Source: Acidobacteriota bacterium (lineage in GTDB: Bacteria > Acidobacteriota > Vicinamibacteria > Vicinamibacterales > 2-12-FULL-66-21). Taken from it: a stretch of 64,000 bases of DNA. The stretch's first letter is position 1, and each line of letters starts with the position of its first letter. Below the pieces are notes generated by a model. It was not told the DNA's origin, did no database searches, and saw only the letters and a program-made list of their open reading frames with translations. Positions 8,878 through 18,707 of this stretch are shown piece by piece. The DNA is taken from positions 1,135-65,134 of the forward strand of contig JBKPSH010000025.1 in the NCBI GenBank assembly GCA_046734955.1. Direction: 5' to 3'. The translations under genes and the position numbers were made by a program.

Positions 8878-9915
8878 TCAAAAGCCGGAGGCTTTGATCC
8901 GAAACGCTTCTTCCCAGATACCGCCCGGAGGAATGTACTGCAAATCGTCGTAAACACCCTTATGGGCCAGATTCATGGAATTTGTGATACCGGCCATCGG
9001 CTCGAGGCACACAAAATCTCCTCTGAACGTTGCATCGTCGGAAACCTGAGGCTGCCGCTTCGGTGCATAGACCACCGCCGCGCGGTAGTTCGGACCGAGT
9101 TCGACGTCAACACGCTGCCGTGAGCCCCAAACGGACATCACCGCCTGCCCGCTATCGTCACGCACCAGATCGGAGAACACATGATCGAGGTCCTGATCCT
9201 TCAGCGGCACGGCACACGGATGCTCGAACGTGCGCTCGATCGGCTCCGTGTCGCCGGTGGGAAGCTTCGCGTCTGATAAGAGCCACCGCGTTCGGGCGCC
9301 GATGGCGACCATCCATTCATCGCGCGGACAATCCGACAGTCTGAAGTATGGATGGAAGCCAACGGCGACCGGCATTGGATCGCCACTCAGGTTCTCGATC
9401 CGCGTCCGCAGTTCGAGTACGCCATTGACCAACCGGTGGGTCATCTCGATCGCGTGAGCGAACGGAAACTGTTTCATCCACAGTGATGCGCGGAAGAACT
9501 CGAGCCGGCTCGTCACTGAAGATTGTTGGTGATCGGCAGTGACGTCGACGATCTGCCAGCGATCGGTGCGCATCAGCAATCCGTGGATCGGCACCGGTCC
9601 GCGGATGTTGCCGAGATCCATGTCGAAGGGAAAACGTCGGCCGTTGGCGTGGAAGGCCGGTTCGTCAAGACGATTCGCCCATGGCGCGAGAAACGGAATC
9701 CCGCCGCGCCCCTGGCCACGCGCCTTGAAGTCGTCGAGCGAATGGAACGGCCGCCACAACACCTCCGTGCCATCGACTCGGATGTCGAAGGCGTTATTGC
9801 CAAACCCCGGGCAAACTGACACCGTGATATTCGACGCCGTGTCCTGGAGACGGACGGTGTCGCCGGATCGTTCTGCCCGATAACGCCGATCAGTTGCCGC
9901 CGCGCCCCACGCCAC
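8878..9915 (-). CDS. Aldose 1-epimerase (galactose mutarotase-like) family protein
   Basis: 345 aa with no signal peptide. Mutarotase-type motifs: [29 protein letters not shown]. Confidence 0.7.
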   Translation of the reverse strand: MAWGAAATDRRYRAERSGDTVRLQDTASNITVSVCPGFGNNAFDIRVDGTEVLWRPFHSLDDFKARGQGRGGIPFLAPWANRLDEPAFHANGRRFPFDMDLGNIRGPVPIHGLLMRTDRWQIVDVTADHQQSSVTSRLEFFRASLWMKQFPFAHAIEMTHRLVNGVLELRTRIENLSGDPMPVAVGFHPYFRLSDCPRDEWMVAIGARTRWLLSDAKLPTGDTEPIERTFEHPCAVPLKDQDLDHVFSDLVRDDSGQAVMSVWGSRQRVDVELGPNYRAAVVYAPKRQPQVSDDATFRGDFVCLEPMAGITNSMNLAHKGVYDDLQYIPPGGIWEEAFRIKASGF

Positions 9916-9942
9916 CCCGCCCTCCCAGTCTAGTCACTGATC

Positions 9943-9960
9943 CGGGGGGCTTCGCCCCCG
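9943..9960 (-). terminator. GC-only stem-loop after the PQQ dehydrogenase gene
   Basis: cggggggc-ttc-gcccccg, with no U-tract. Confidence 0.3.
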
Positions 9961-10006
9961 CGGCCCCCAAACGCGCTCGTGGCGCGCGTGGACAACCCGG
10001 GATCGA

Positions 10007-11305
10007 TCACTGCGCCACGGGAATCAGCCTCGCGATCATTCCCGGTGTCGATTGCGACAGGAACTGACCAGCCTGCTGGAGCGTGACATAGAGATAGCCA
10101 TCGGGACCAATGATCACGTCGTGAACGCGTCCCAACTCGCTGAACACCTGTTCCTGATGGGTGACCTGGGTGCCGCTGATTTCCAGGCGCCGAAGTTGCT
10201 GACCGCCCAGTGCGCTCACAAATAAGTTGTTCTTCCAGGCGGGATATCTATTGCCTGTGTAGAACACCATGCCGCTTGGCGCAATCGTCGGCGTGTAATA
10301 CACAATCGGTTGCTCCATGCCTTCGTGGGTCTGCTCGGGGACGCGCTGATCGCTGCCCATCGTGATCACGCCCCAGCCGTAGTTGTGTCCCGGCTCGATG
10401 ACGTTGATCTCATCACCGCCTCGCGGTCCGTGCTCCGATTCCCAGAGCTTGCCGGTCACTGGATCCCATGCGAGGCCCTGCGGATTCCGGTGGCCGTAAC
10501 TCCAGATTGTCGGGACGGTCCCTTCCTTGCCAACGAACGGGTTGTCTTTCGGCACAGTTCCGTCGTCATTGACGCGGTGGATCTTGCCGAGCGGAGTCGA
10601 GAGATCCTGCGCCTTCGCCGGATCGTCCTTTTCGCCGAGCGTATAAAACAAGTGGTTTTGCTTGTCGAAGATGAATCGCGACCCGTAATGGGCGTTGGTC
10701 GAAGTGTAAATCTCCGGTTTCGCACGGAAGAGCACCTGCTCGTCGGTCCACTCGTTGTTCTTGTTGATCTTGCCGCGTACGATGACGGTCATCGTCGGCG
10801 GGTCTGGAGGACCGCCGCGTCCACGGCCACGCCCCTGCGGCGCGCCCGCGGGTGGAGGCGGCGGCTCGGCCCCGGGAGGTGGAGGCGGCGGGGCGACGTA
10901 ACCAGGAACGATCTCGGAGTACGAAAGATAGATCCACCCGTTCTTCTCGTATTGCGGATGAACCTCGACATCGAACAGGCCGCCGTCCTGTTTTTCCCAG
11001 ACCTTCGGCGTCCCCTTCACTGCGTCCGGCAACAATTTGCCCTTCTCGACAATCCGCAGCCGGCCCGGGCGCTCCGTGATCAGCAGCCGTCCGTCGGGCA
11101 GGAAGGCGAGCGCCCAGGGAGTCTCGATCTGCCTCGCGATGACTTCGATCTTGAATGTCTGCTTCTCGGACTTAATGACCTGGCCGTCAGGATCGGCGAC
11201 CGCCGCAGGCGTGGTGGTTTGTTGCGGTTGCTGCGCAAGATCGTGAGCCGTGAAAACGCTGCCGATTGCGAGAATGACGGCAGCGAAAATATTTCGCAAC
11301 GACAT
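10007..11305 (-). CDS. Exported PQQ-dependent soluble aldose/sorbosone dehydrogenase (YliI/Asd-like)
   Basis: Motifs: LAFLPDGRLLITERPGRLRIV, SYGHRNPQGLAWDP, GPRGGDEINVIEPGHNYGWG. Signal peptide from the ATG at 11305 (MSLRNIFAAVILAIGSVFTA), with GAGGAA upstream. Contains a Pro/Gly/Arg insert. Confidence 0.8.
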   Translation of the reverse strand: MSLRNIFAAVILAIGSVFTAHDLAQQPQQTTTPAAVADPDGQVIKSEKQTFKIEVIARQIETPWALAFLPDGRLLITERPGRLRIVEKGKLLPDAVKGTPKVWEKQDGGLFDVEVHPQYEKNGWIYLSYSEIVPGYVAPPPPPPGAEPPPPPAGAPQGRGRGRGGPPDPPTMTVIVRGKINKNNEWTDEQVLFRAKPEIYTSTNAHYGSRFIFDKQNHLFYTLGEKDDPAKAQDLSTPLGKIHRVNDDGTVPKDNPFVGKEGTVPTIWSYGHRNPQGLAWDPVTGKLWESEHGPRGGDEINVIEPGHNYGWGVITMGSDQRVPEQTHEGMEQPIVYYTPTIAPSGMVFYTGNRYPAWKNNLFVSALGGQQLRRLEISGTQVTHQEQVFSELGRVHDVIIGPDGYLYVTLQQAGQFLSQSTPGMIARLIPVAQ

Positions 11306-11339
11306 AGGGACGTTCCTCACTTCACGCGCCATTTTGTCA

Positions 11340-12524
11340 TCAATCGAACGGCGTTCCGACGTAGTTCTCGGAGAGACTCGTCATCGCCGCGGTGGAACTG
11401 ACAAGATACTCCAGCTCCGCGCGTTGGCGGCGGTAATCGAAGGGGTTGTCCCCTTCCTGTTTGTGTAGCATCGAGGTCATCCACCACGAGAAACGCTGCG
11501 CTCTCCACGTGCGCCTCAGGCCTCGGGCCGAGTACTCGTCCAGCTCCGTCTCGCTCTCGCTGGTAAAGAATCTTTCCAGCGCTTCCGACAGCCGCTTCAC
11601 GTCCGCCATCGCGAGGTTCAGGCCCTTTGCACCTGTTGGCGGCACGATGTGCGCCGCGTCACCGGCGAGAAACAATCGCCCGTAGCGCATCGGCTCGATC
11701 ACGAAACTCCGCATCGGGGTCACGCCCTTCTGCACGATCGGTCCGACGTTGGGTTGCCATCCGTCGTCAGTGCGCAGGCGCGCGATTAACTCGGACCAGA
11801 TGCGATCGTCGGTCCAGTCGTTGAGATCCTCGTCAGGAGCGCACTGCAAGTACAGTCGCGTCACGGTTGTCGAGCGCATGCTGAAGAGCGCGAACCCGCG
11901 CTCGCTCAGGCTATACACCAACTCATCTGATGCCGGAGCGGCGTGTGCAAGAATCCCGAGCCACGCAAATGGATACTCTCGCTCGTAGACGTTGACGTGA
12001 GGTGCTGGAATGCTCGGACGACACACGCCATGGAAACCATCGCACCCAGCGACAACCGAGCACGTGACATCGTGTGCTTCGCCGTCATGGACAAAATACA
12101 GACGCGGCGAACTCGTCTCCAAACCGTGGACGGCAACGTCGGACGCGTCGAAATACAGTGGGCGGCCGCTTTCCCGTCGCGCCGCGATCAGATCCTTGAC
12201 GACCTCGTTCTGGCCATAGATCGTGATCGCGCGCCCAGCGGTCAGCTCCGCCATATTGATCCGGTGGCGCTTCCCGTCAAAGCGCACGTAGATCCCCTCG
12301 TGGCGCATCCCCTCACGTCGCAGCCGATCACCCACGCCGGTGTCGTGCATCAAATCAACGGTGCCCTGCTCAAGCACGCCGGCGCGCACGCGCTCGACGA
12401 CATGTTCCTCACTGCGATTCTCGACGATGACCGAGTCGATGCCCGCCAGGTGAAGCAGGTGACCGAGCATCAAGCCGGCAGGTCCAGCGCCTACGATTCC
12501 GACTTGCGTGCGAGTGGTGGGCAT
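11340..12524 (-). CDS. pobA: 4-hydroxybenzoate 3-monooxygenase
   Basis: N-terminal GxGxxG motif (VGIVGAGPAGLMLGHLL). PobA-like throughout: length about 394 aa, with a C-terminal ...SLSENYVGTPF. ATG at 12524; the track start is the TTG at 12527. Confidence 0.85.
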   Translation of the reverse strand: MPTTRTQVGIVGAGPAGLMLGHLLHLAGIDSVIVENRSEEHVVERVRAGVLEQGTVDLMHDTGVGDRLRREGMRHEGIYVRFDGKRHRINMAELTAGRAITIYGQNEVVKDLIAARRESGRPLYFDASDVAVHGLETSSPRLYFVHDGEAHDVTCSVVAGCDGFHGVCRPSIPAPHVNVYEREYPFAWLGILAHAAPASDELVYSLSERGFALFSMRSTTVTRLYLQCAPDEDLNDWTDDRIWSELIARLRTDDGWQPNVGPIVQKGVTPMRSFVIEPMRYGRLFLAGDAAHIVPPTGAKGLNLAMADVKRLSEALERFFTSESETELDEYSARGLRRTWRAQRFSWWMTSMLHKQEGDNPFDYRRQRAELEYLVSSTAAMTSLSENYVGTPFD

Positions 12525-12552
12525 CAATGATAGAGGCAGCAGAGGCTTTCCT

Positions 12553-12620
12553 CACCACAGAGATAGCAGAGGGAACAGAGAAAGTTAGTGAACTCTGTTA
12601 ACTCCGCTAATTCTGTGGTG
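12553..12620. repeat. Imperfect 28-bp inverted repeat built from CAGAG/CTCTG words
   Basis: caccacagagatagcagagggaacagag ... ctctgttaactccgctaattctgtggtg, with a 12-nt spacer and about 23 of 28 positions complementary. A further competing copy (ccctctgttatctc) lies at 12624-12637. Confidence 0.75.
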
Positions 12621-12655
12621 AAGCCCTCTGTTATCTCGATGCATCTCTGTTAAGT

Positions 12656-14482
12656 TCAAAGCCGACAGATGAGCAGTTCACGTTCGTAGATCATCTCCGG
12701 CGGCAGGTTGTCGTGCAGTTCGATGAAGAGTTCCTCGTGCTGGATCACTTCCCGGCGCCACAACACGGGATCAACGGTCTGGAGTTCCTCGAACCGTTCC
12801 CTTGCCATGTCCAGCCCGCGCCAGTCGAAATCCTCGTAACGCGGCATCCAGCCGATCGGGGTTTCCTTAGCCAGGACGCGTCCACGGACTCGATCGACGA
12901 TCCACTTCAGGACGCGCATGTTCTCGCGATACCCGGGCCACAGAAATCGTCCCTGATCGTCTTTCCGGAACCAGTTCACGTGGAAGATCTTCGGCGTCTC
13001 GCTGATCGAGCGCTGCATCCTGATCCAATGCCGGAAGTAGTCGCCCATGTGATAGCCGCAAAACGGCAGCATCGCCATCGGATCGCGGCGCAGCGTTCCA
13101 ACGCTGCCGGTCGCGGCGGCGGTCGTCTCCGACCCCATCGTCGCACCGATGTAGACGCCCGAGGTCCAATTGAATGACTGATACAGGAGCGGCAGGGTAT
13201 GGGCACGGCGGCCGCCAAAAATAATCGCGCTGATCGGCACACCCTCGGGCGATTCCCAGTCCGAGTCGATGATCGGACACTGACGCGCCGGAGCGGTGAA
13301 TCGTGCGTTTGGATGGGCCGCCGGCTTTCCCGTGGCCCGGCCGATTTCCGGCGTCCATCGGTCGCCGCGCCAGTCGAGACACTCGGGCGGAGGCTCAGGC
13401 GTCATGCCCTCCCACCACACACCACCTTCGGGTGTCAGCGCGACGTTCGTGAAGATCGTGTTGCGCGCGATCATCGCCATCGCGTTGGGATTGGTGTTCT
13501 TCGAAGTTCCGGGCGCGACGCCAAACACGCCCGCCTCCGGGTTGATCGCGTGCAGCCGTCCAGACGCGTCCGGCTTGATCCAGGCGATGTCGTCGCCGAC
13601 CATGGAGACTTTCCAGTCCTTCATGCTGTCGGGCGGAATCAGCATGGCGAGATTGGTCTTGCCGCACGCACTCGGAAAGGCGGCGGAGATATAGGTCTTC
13701 TCGCCTTGAGGATCTTCGACGCCGAGAATCAGCATGTGCTCGGCCATCCACCCCTCGTCGCGCGCGATGTTCGACGCGATGCGAAGCCCGAAGCATTTCT
13801 TCCCGAGCAGGGCATTGCCGCCATAGCCCGATCCGAACGACCAGATCTCGCGGTTCTCCGGAAAGTGGACGATGTACTTTTCCGGATTGCAGGGCCAGGG
13901 CACATCACCGTGCCCCGGCGCAAGCGGCGCGCCGACGCTGTGCATACATGGCACGACGCGCTGCACGTTGCGGTCGATGATCTTGAGCGCCGGCAATCCA
14001 ATGCGCGCCATGGTCCGCATGCTGACGACGACGTAGGGTGAGTCGGTCAACTGCACGGCAATGCGCGACATCGGCGAATCAATCGTGCCCATGCTGAACG
14101 CGAGCACATACATCGTGCGTCCAGCCATCGCACCCGCAAACAGCTCGCGCAGCCGGGCGCGCATCTCGAACGGATTCATCCAGTTGTTCGTCGGTCCCGC
14201 GTCGGCTTTCGACAAGGAACAGACGAACGTGCGCGATTCGACCCGTGCGACATCGTTGGGATCGGAGCGCGCGTAAAAGCAGCCCGGCCACAGATCCTGG
14301 TTCAGGCGAAGAAGCGTGCCGTTCTTCACCATCTCGTCGCACAGCAGGTCGTATTCTTCCTGCGATCCATCGACCCAATGGATCGACTTGGGCCGGGCGA
14401 GGTCAGCCATTTTTCTCACCCAGCGAAGTAAATGCTGATTGGTCGACAGGGGCGCCGAGACGTCGCGGGACAGCGTTTTCAC
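12656..14482 (-). CDS. pckG: Phosphoenolpyruvate carboxykinase (GTP)
   Basis: 608 aa. GTP-PEPCK motifs: [13 protein letters not shown], and [10 protein letters not shown] upstream of it. The N-terminus is typical (LLRWV...IHWVDGS). Confidence 0.9.
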   Translation of the reverse strand: MKTLSRDVSAPLSTNQHLLRWVRKMADLARPKSIHWVDGSQEEYDLLCDEMVKNGTLLRLNQDLWPGCFYARSDPNDVARVESRTFVCSLSKADAGPTNNWMNPFEMRARLRELFAGAMAGRTMYVLAFSMGTIDSPMSRIAVQLTDSPYVVVSMRTMARIGLPALKIIDRNVQRVVPCMHSVGAPLAPGHGDVPWPCNPEKYIVHFPENREIWSFGSGYGGNALLGKKCFGLRIASNIARDEGWMAEHMLILGVEDPQGEKTYISAAFPSACGKTNLAMLIPPDSMKDWKVSMVGDDIAWIKPDASGRLHAINPEAGVFGVAPGTSKNTNPNAMAMIARNTIFTNVALTPEGGVWWEGMTPEPPPECLDWRGDRWTPEIGRATGKPAAHPNARFTAPARQCPIIDSDWESPEGVPISAIIFGGRRAHTLPLLYQSFNWTSGVYIGATMGSETTAAATGSVGTLRRDPMAMLPFCGYHMGDYFRHWIRMQRSISETPKIFHVNWFRKDDQGRFLWPGYRENMRVLKWIVDRVRGRVLAKETPIGWMPRYEDFDWRGLDMARERFEELQTVDPVLWRREVIQHEELFIELHDNLPPEMIYERELLICRL

Positions 14483-14536
14483 AACTCTAAATTGTATACG
14501 GACGTGCGCGGCGCGGAATAATATGCTCCTTCAGCA
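14483..14536. promoter_or_regulatory. 54-bp divergent control region between pckG and pcaI
   Basis: This is the only space available for both promoters. It contains the AT-rich stretches taaattgtata and ggaataatatg. No operator could be assigned by eye. Confidence 0.3.
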
Positions 14537-15382
14537 ATGTCAGTGTTTTGCAGTCTGCGCGATGCGATCGCCGATGCGGTCCGTGACGGTGACACCGTCG
14601 CCATGGAGGGATTCACCCACCTGATTCCCTTTGCCGCCGCGCACGAAGTAATACGGCAGCAACGGCAGGATCTGACGCTGGTGCGGATGACACCGGACCT
14701 CATTTACGACCAATTGATTGGTGCCGGGTGCGCGGCGAAGCTCATATTCTCGTGGGGCGGTAATCCGGGAGTCGGGTCGTTACATCGTCTGCGGGATGCG
14801 GTCGAGCAGGGCTGGCCACGGCCGCTCGTGCTCGAAGAGTACAGCCACGCCGCGCTCGCCAACGCCTACGACGCCGGCGCCGCGCGGTTGCCGTTCGCGA
14901 TGTTTCGCGGGGCGCCCGGGGACCTCGCACGTGTGAATTTCAATTACCGGCAGATTGCGTGTCCGTTCACTGGTGAGACGCTGACCGCGGTCCCGGCGAT
15001 GCGCGCCGATGTTGCGATCATCCACGCCCAGCGCGCCGACCGCAGTGGAAACGTGCTGCTCGAGGGCATCGTCGGCGTTCAGAAGGAAGCCGTCCTCGCG
15101 GCGAAGCGATCGATCGTCACGGTGGAGGAAGTGGTCGACACGTTTGATGGCGCGCCGCCCAACGCGTGCATCCTGCCGCACTGGGCTGTCGGAGCCGTCG
15201 TCGCAGTTCCAGGCGGAGCATTTCCGTCGTATGCGTACGGTTACTATCCGAGAAACAACGCGTTCTATCTCTCATGGGATGCGATTGCGCGCGATCGCGC
15301 TGCTTTTCTCGGCTGGATCGACGAGCACGTCATGCGCTCGGGGCCTGAGGCGTTCGCCCAGCGCGTGTCGAAGGTCGCCTGA
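14537..15382 (+). CDS. pcaI: 3-oxoadipate CoA-transferase subunit A (family I CoA-transferase, GctA-like form)
   Basis: 281 aa CoA-transferase A subunit. It is the first gene of a tightly coupled pca operon. Confidence 0.75.
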   Translation: MSVFCSLRDAIADAVRDGDTVAMEGFTHLIPFAAAHEVIRQQRQDLTLVRMTPDLIYDQLIGAGCAAKLIFSWGGNPGVGSLHRLRDAVEQGWPRPLVLEEYSHAALANAYDAGAARLPFAMFRGAPGDLARVNFNYRQIACPFTGETLTAVPAMRADVAIIHAQRADRSGNVLLEGIVGVQKEAVLAAKRSIVTVEEVVDTFDGAPPNACILPHWAVGAVVAVPGGAFPSYAYGYYPRNNAFYLSWDAIARDRAAFLGWIDEHVMRSGPEAFAQRVSKVA

Positions 15383-15383
15383 C

Positions 15384-16160
15384 GTGAACTACTCACCCGA
15401 CGAACTCATGACCGTCGCCGCGGCGCGATGCGTCACCAGTGACGACGTCTGCTTCGTCGGTATCGGTCTGCCGTCGGCGGCCTGCAACCTCGCCCGCTTG
15501 ACGCACGCCCCCGGGATTACGTTGATCTACGAATCGGGCACGATCGGCGCTCGCCCGACGGTTCTTCCCCTCTCGATCGGTGACGGCGAGCTCTGCACGA
15601 CCGCGCTGACCACGGTTTCAGTGCCGGAGTTCTTCAGATACTGGCTGCCGAGCGGGCGCATCACTGTCGGTTTTCTTGGCGCGGCACAGATTGATCGATT
15701 CGCAAACCTCAATACCACCGTGGTGGGTGAATATCGATCGCCGAAAGTCCGGCTGCCCGGCGCCGGCGGCGCACCGGAGATGGCCGCGCGCTGCCAGCGC
15801 ATCTTCGTCGTCATGCCTCAATCACGCCGCGCGTTCGTCGAGCGTCTCGATTTCCTCACGTCCATGGGACATGGCGAAGGGGGCGATCATCGCGCGCGCC
15901 TTGGCATGACTCCGATCGGACCGGCCAAGGTAATCACCGATCTGTGCGTCATGGAACCGGATCCCCATACACGGGAATTGAAGGTGGCGAGTCTCCATCC
16001 CGGTATTGGGCGCGGCCAGGTGATCGCCGCGACGGGATGGCCAATTCAGTTCGCAGCCGCAGTCGCGGAAACACCGCCGCCAGGCACTGAAGAACTGGCC
16101 GTTCTGCGACAGCTCCGCCTGGAAACAGAGAACGCACATAAGGAGAAGGAGCACGCGTGA
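15384..16160 (+). CDS. pcaJ: 3-oxoadipate CoA-transferase subunit B
   Basis: A GTG at 15384, 1 nt after the pcaI stop, gives VNYSPDELMTVAAARCV..., a typical B-subunit start. The track ORF from 15009 is an out-of-context upstream extension overlapping pcaI. Confidence 0.75.
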   Translation: MNYSPDELMTVAAARCVTSDDVCFVGIGLPSAACNLARLTHAPGITLIYESGTIGARPTVLPLSIGDGELCTTALTTVSVPEFFRYWLPSGRITVGFLGAAQIDRFANLNTTVVGEYRSPKVRLPGAGGAPEMAARCQRIFVVMPQSRRAFVERLDFLTSMGHGEGGDHRARLGMTPIGPAKVITDLCVMEPDPHTRELKVASLHPGIGRGQVIAATGWPIQFAAAVAETPPPGTEELAVLRQLRLETENAHKEKEHA

Positions 16161-16852
16161 AATATCCCCGTCCACCTGCGGGCACGCATCCGCCGAACGA
16201 CTCGCCCGGCTATCGGAGCACGATCCTGCGCCATCCGAACGAGCCGCTCGTCGTCATTCCGCACACGCTTTCGGAACTGACCGGCCCGATGTACCCGTAC
16301 GGACGAATGGAGGCGAGCGATAGCGATCTCACGCGTCAGCACGCCGGAGAACCTCTCGGTGAACGGATCATCGTCCAGGGACGCGTGCTTGATGAAGATC
16401 GGCGGCCGATTCCCCAAACCCTGCTGGAGGTGTGGCAGGCAAACGCAGCTGGGCGTTATGCGCACCGCGTCGACGATCATCCAGCGCCGCTCGATCCGAA
16501 CTTCTCAGGCGCCGGACGGACAGTGACCGACGAAGAAGGACGTTATCGATTCGTGACGATACGGCCTGGCGCATATCCATGGCGCAATCATCCGAACGCA
16601 TGGCGGCCGGCGCATATTCACTTTTCCCTGTTCGGCACGGGTTTCCTCAGCCGCCTCATCACGCAAATGTATTTTCCCGGCGATCCATTGATGCCGATCG
16701 ATCCCGTGCTCAACTCGATACCGGATGCGCGCGCACGGCAGCGGCTTGTGTCGAAGTTCGACATCAACGTGACCGAGCCGGAATGGGCGCTCGGTTTCAC
16801 ATTCGACATCGTCCTGCGGGGCTCGAACGCAACGCCTATGGAGACTCAGTGA
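16157..16852 (+). CDS. pcaH: Protocatechuate 3,4-dioxygenase beta subunit
   Basis: 231 aa with the motifs WQANAAGRYAH and RPAHIHFSLFG. GTGA overlap with the pcaJ stop, and AAGGAG upstream. Confidence 0.9.
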   Translation: MKYPRPPAGTHPPNDSPGYRSTILRHPNEPLVVIPHTLSELTGPMYPYGRMEASDSDLTRQHAGEPLGERIIVQGRVLDEDRRPIPQTLLEVWQANAAGRYAHRVDDHPAPLDPNFSGAGRTVTDEEGRYRFVTIRPGAYPWRNHPNAWRPAHIHFSLFGTGFLSRLITQMYFPGDPLMPIDPVLNSIPDARARQRLVSKFDINVTEPEWALGFTFDIVLRGSNATPMETQ

Positions 16853-17409
16853 GCGAACTCACGCCATTCCAGACGCTCGGGCCATTCTTCGACTTCGGTC
16901 TCATCATTCGGGATGGTGGCATCGTCGCGCAGCCAGGTGCCCAGGGGCGCCACGTCGTCATCGAAGGAGTGGTGCGCGATGGCGAGGGAGCAGTCGTGCC
17001 CGACTCGCTGGTCGAAGTCTGGCAGGCGAATGCCGCGGGCAAGTATCGCCATCCTTCCGATCCACAGGATCGTCCTCTCGATCCAGCGTTCGACGGATTC
17101 GGGCGTGTGGCGACCGACGACAGCGGCCACTTCATTTTCAAGACGGTTGTGCCGGGTCGTGTGCCGGGGCCCGACGGCAAACTTCAGGCGCCGCATCTCG
17201 CGGTTGGCGTGCTCGCGCGCGGGGTGCTGACGCGTCTCGTCACGCGACTGTATTTCGAGGACGAACCGTCGAACGCGGAGGACCCGATTCTCGCCCTCGT
17301 GCCTGCCGAGCGACGCTCAACGCTGGTCGCAAAGCGCGTGGCGCCCGATCGGTACCGATTCGACATCAGGCTACAAGGCGAAGGCGAGACCGTCTTCTTC
17401 GATGTCTAG
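16849..17409 (+). CDS. pcaG: Protocatechuate 3,4-dioxygenase alpha subunit
   Basis: The GTG at 16849 overlaps the pcaH stop. Reads VSELTPFQTLGPFF..., with VWQANAAGKYRHP and APHLAVGVLARG. Confidence 0.85.
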   Translation: MSELTPFQTLGPFFDFGLIIRDGGIVAQPGAQGRHVVIEGVVRDGEGAVVPDSLVEVWQANAAGKYRHPSDPQDRPLDPAFDGFGRVATDDSGHFIFKTVVPGRVPGPDGKLQAPHLAVGVLARGVLTRLVTRLYFEDEPSNAEDPILALVPAERRSTLVAKRVAPDRYRFDIRLQGEGETVFFDV

Positions 17410-18706
17410 GACGCACTTCTCTCTGCACGCCCGCATTCAAGCGATGCTCGACGTGGAAGCAGCGCTTGCCGAAGCGGAAGCGACGAATGCGGTGATTCCC
17501 GGCGAAGCGGCGACCGCAATTCGCGCGGCGGCGAAGGCCGATCTCTACGACATCGCAGCAATTGAATCAGAAGCGGAGCGCGCCGGGAATCTGGCGATCC
17601 CGCTGGTTCGCCAGCTGACGTCGCGAGTGTCATCGCGCAGCCCGGAGATGGCGCGCTACGTCCACTGGGGTGCCACAAGCCAGGACATCATCGATACCGG
17701 CTTGGTGCTTCAACTGCGCGCTTCGGTCCCGCTGATCGTTCGCGATCTATCACGCGCGGCTGACGCTGCTGCCAAACATGCGGAGCAGCATGCAAGAACG
17801 ACGATGCCGGGCCGCACATGGCTGCAGCAGGCAACGCCGATCACATTCGGCCTCAAAGCGGCAGGTTGGTGTGACGCCCTCGACCGCGCAATCGCACGAC
17901 TCGAGGTGCGACTCGAAGATGCATCGGTCCTCCAGTTCGGCGGCGCCTCGGGAACGCTCGCCTCACTCGGTGATCGCGGACTTGCGATCGCCGCGAGCCT
18001 GGGCAAGGCGCTGCACCTCTCCGTTCCGGCGATGCCGTGGCACACACACCGCGACCGTCTGGCGGCGCTGGCATGTGCCCTGGGCGTGGCCACGGGAACG
18101 GCTGGCAAAACCGGCCGCGACCTTGGACTGCTGGCGCAGACTGAAGTCGGGGAAGCGCATGAGCCCGCTTCACGTGCCGGAGGCTCGTCGACGATGCCAC
18201 ACAAACGAAATCCAGTGCGCGCATCGATCATCGTCGCCGCCGCGCTGCGCGCGCCCGGTCTCGTCGCCACAGTTCTGTCGGCGATGCTGCAGGAACACGA
18301 GCGTGGACTAGGCGGCTGGCAGGCCGAGTGGCAGGCCATCCCGGATCTCATCATCACGACCGGGGACGCCGCTCATGCTCTTGCTGAAGCGCTCGAGGCG
18401 CTCGTCGTCGACCCCTCACGTATGCGCGCCAACGTCGATCTCACAGGTGGACTGACGATGGCGGAAGCGGTGTCCATGCGCCTGGCAGAAAAAGTCGGCA
18501 GGCACGAGGCGCACACGGCGATTGAACGCGCGGCCGCGCGGGCGTCAGACGAACATCGATCGTTTGGCGACGTGCTGCACTCCGATCCGGCGGTGACTCA
18601 GACGCTCACCCAATCCGATATCGAGCAAGCGCTTTCGCCCGACGCGTATCTGGGTGCGGCCGAAACATTCGTCGCCAACGTGCTCGCTCGTCACCGGCGA
18701 ACGTAA
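17402..18706 (+). CDS. pcaB: 3-carboxy-cis,cis-muconate cycloisomerase
   Basis: Fumarate-lyase superfamily signature GSSTMPHKRNP. 434 aa. Overlaps the pcaG end by 8 nt. Confidence 0.85.
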   Translation: MSRTHFSLHARIQAMLDVEAALAEAEATNAVIPGEAATAIRAAAKADLYDIAAIESEAERAGNLAIPLVRQLTSRVSSRSPEMARYVHWGATSQDIIDTGLVLQLRASVPLIVRDLSRAADAAAKHAEQHARTTMPGRTWLQQATPITFGLKAAGWCDALDRAIARLEVRLEDASVLQFGGASGTLASLGDRGLAIAASLGKALHLSVPAMPWHTHRDRLAALACALGVATGTAGKTGRDLGLLAQTEVGEAHEPASRAGGSSTMPHKRNPVRASIIVAAALRAPGLVATVLSAMLQEHERGLGGWQAEWQAIPDLIITTGDAAHALAEALEALVVDPSRMRANVDLTGGLTMAEAVSMRLAEKVGRHEAHTAIERAAARASDEHRSFGDVLHSDPAVTQTLTQSDIEQALSPDAYLGAAETFVANVLARHRRT

Positions 18707-18707
18707 C

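Noticed and set aside
10310-11401. 363-aa plus-strand ORF opposite the PQQ aldose dehydrogenase gene
   Set aside because: Its Arg/Leu/Pro-rich composition has no recognisable motifs. It is fully antisense to a gene with clear family signatures. This is a typical high-GC shadow ORF.
15009-15383. Upstream extensions in the ORF track: pcaJ from 15009 and pcaG from 16432. Similar extensions at 26270-26383, 27027-27086, 31149-31400, 32155-32610, 48270-48407, 53074-53229 and 45683-45790.
   Set aside because: The track always takes the longest ATG/GTG/TTG extension. These extensions overlap neighbouring genes or encode Arg-rich tails. Internal starts give canonical N-termini, signal peptides, SD sequences or stop-start coupling.
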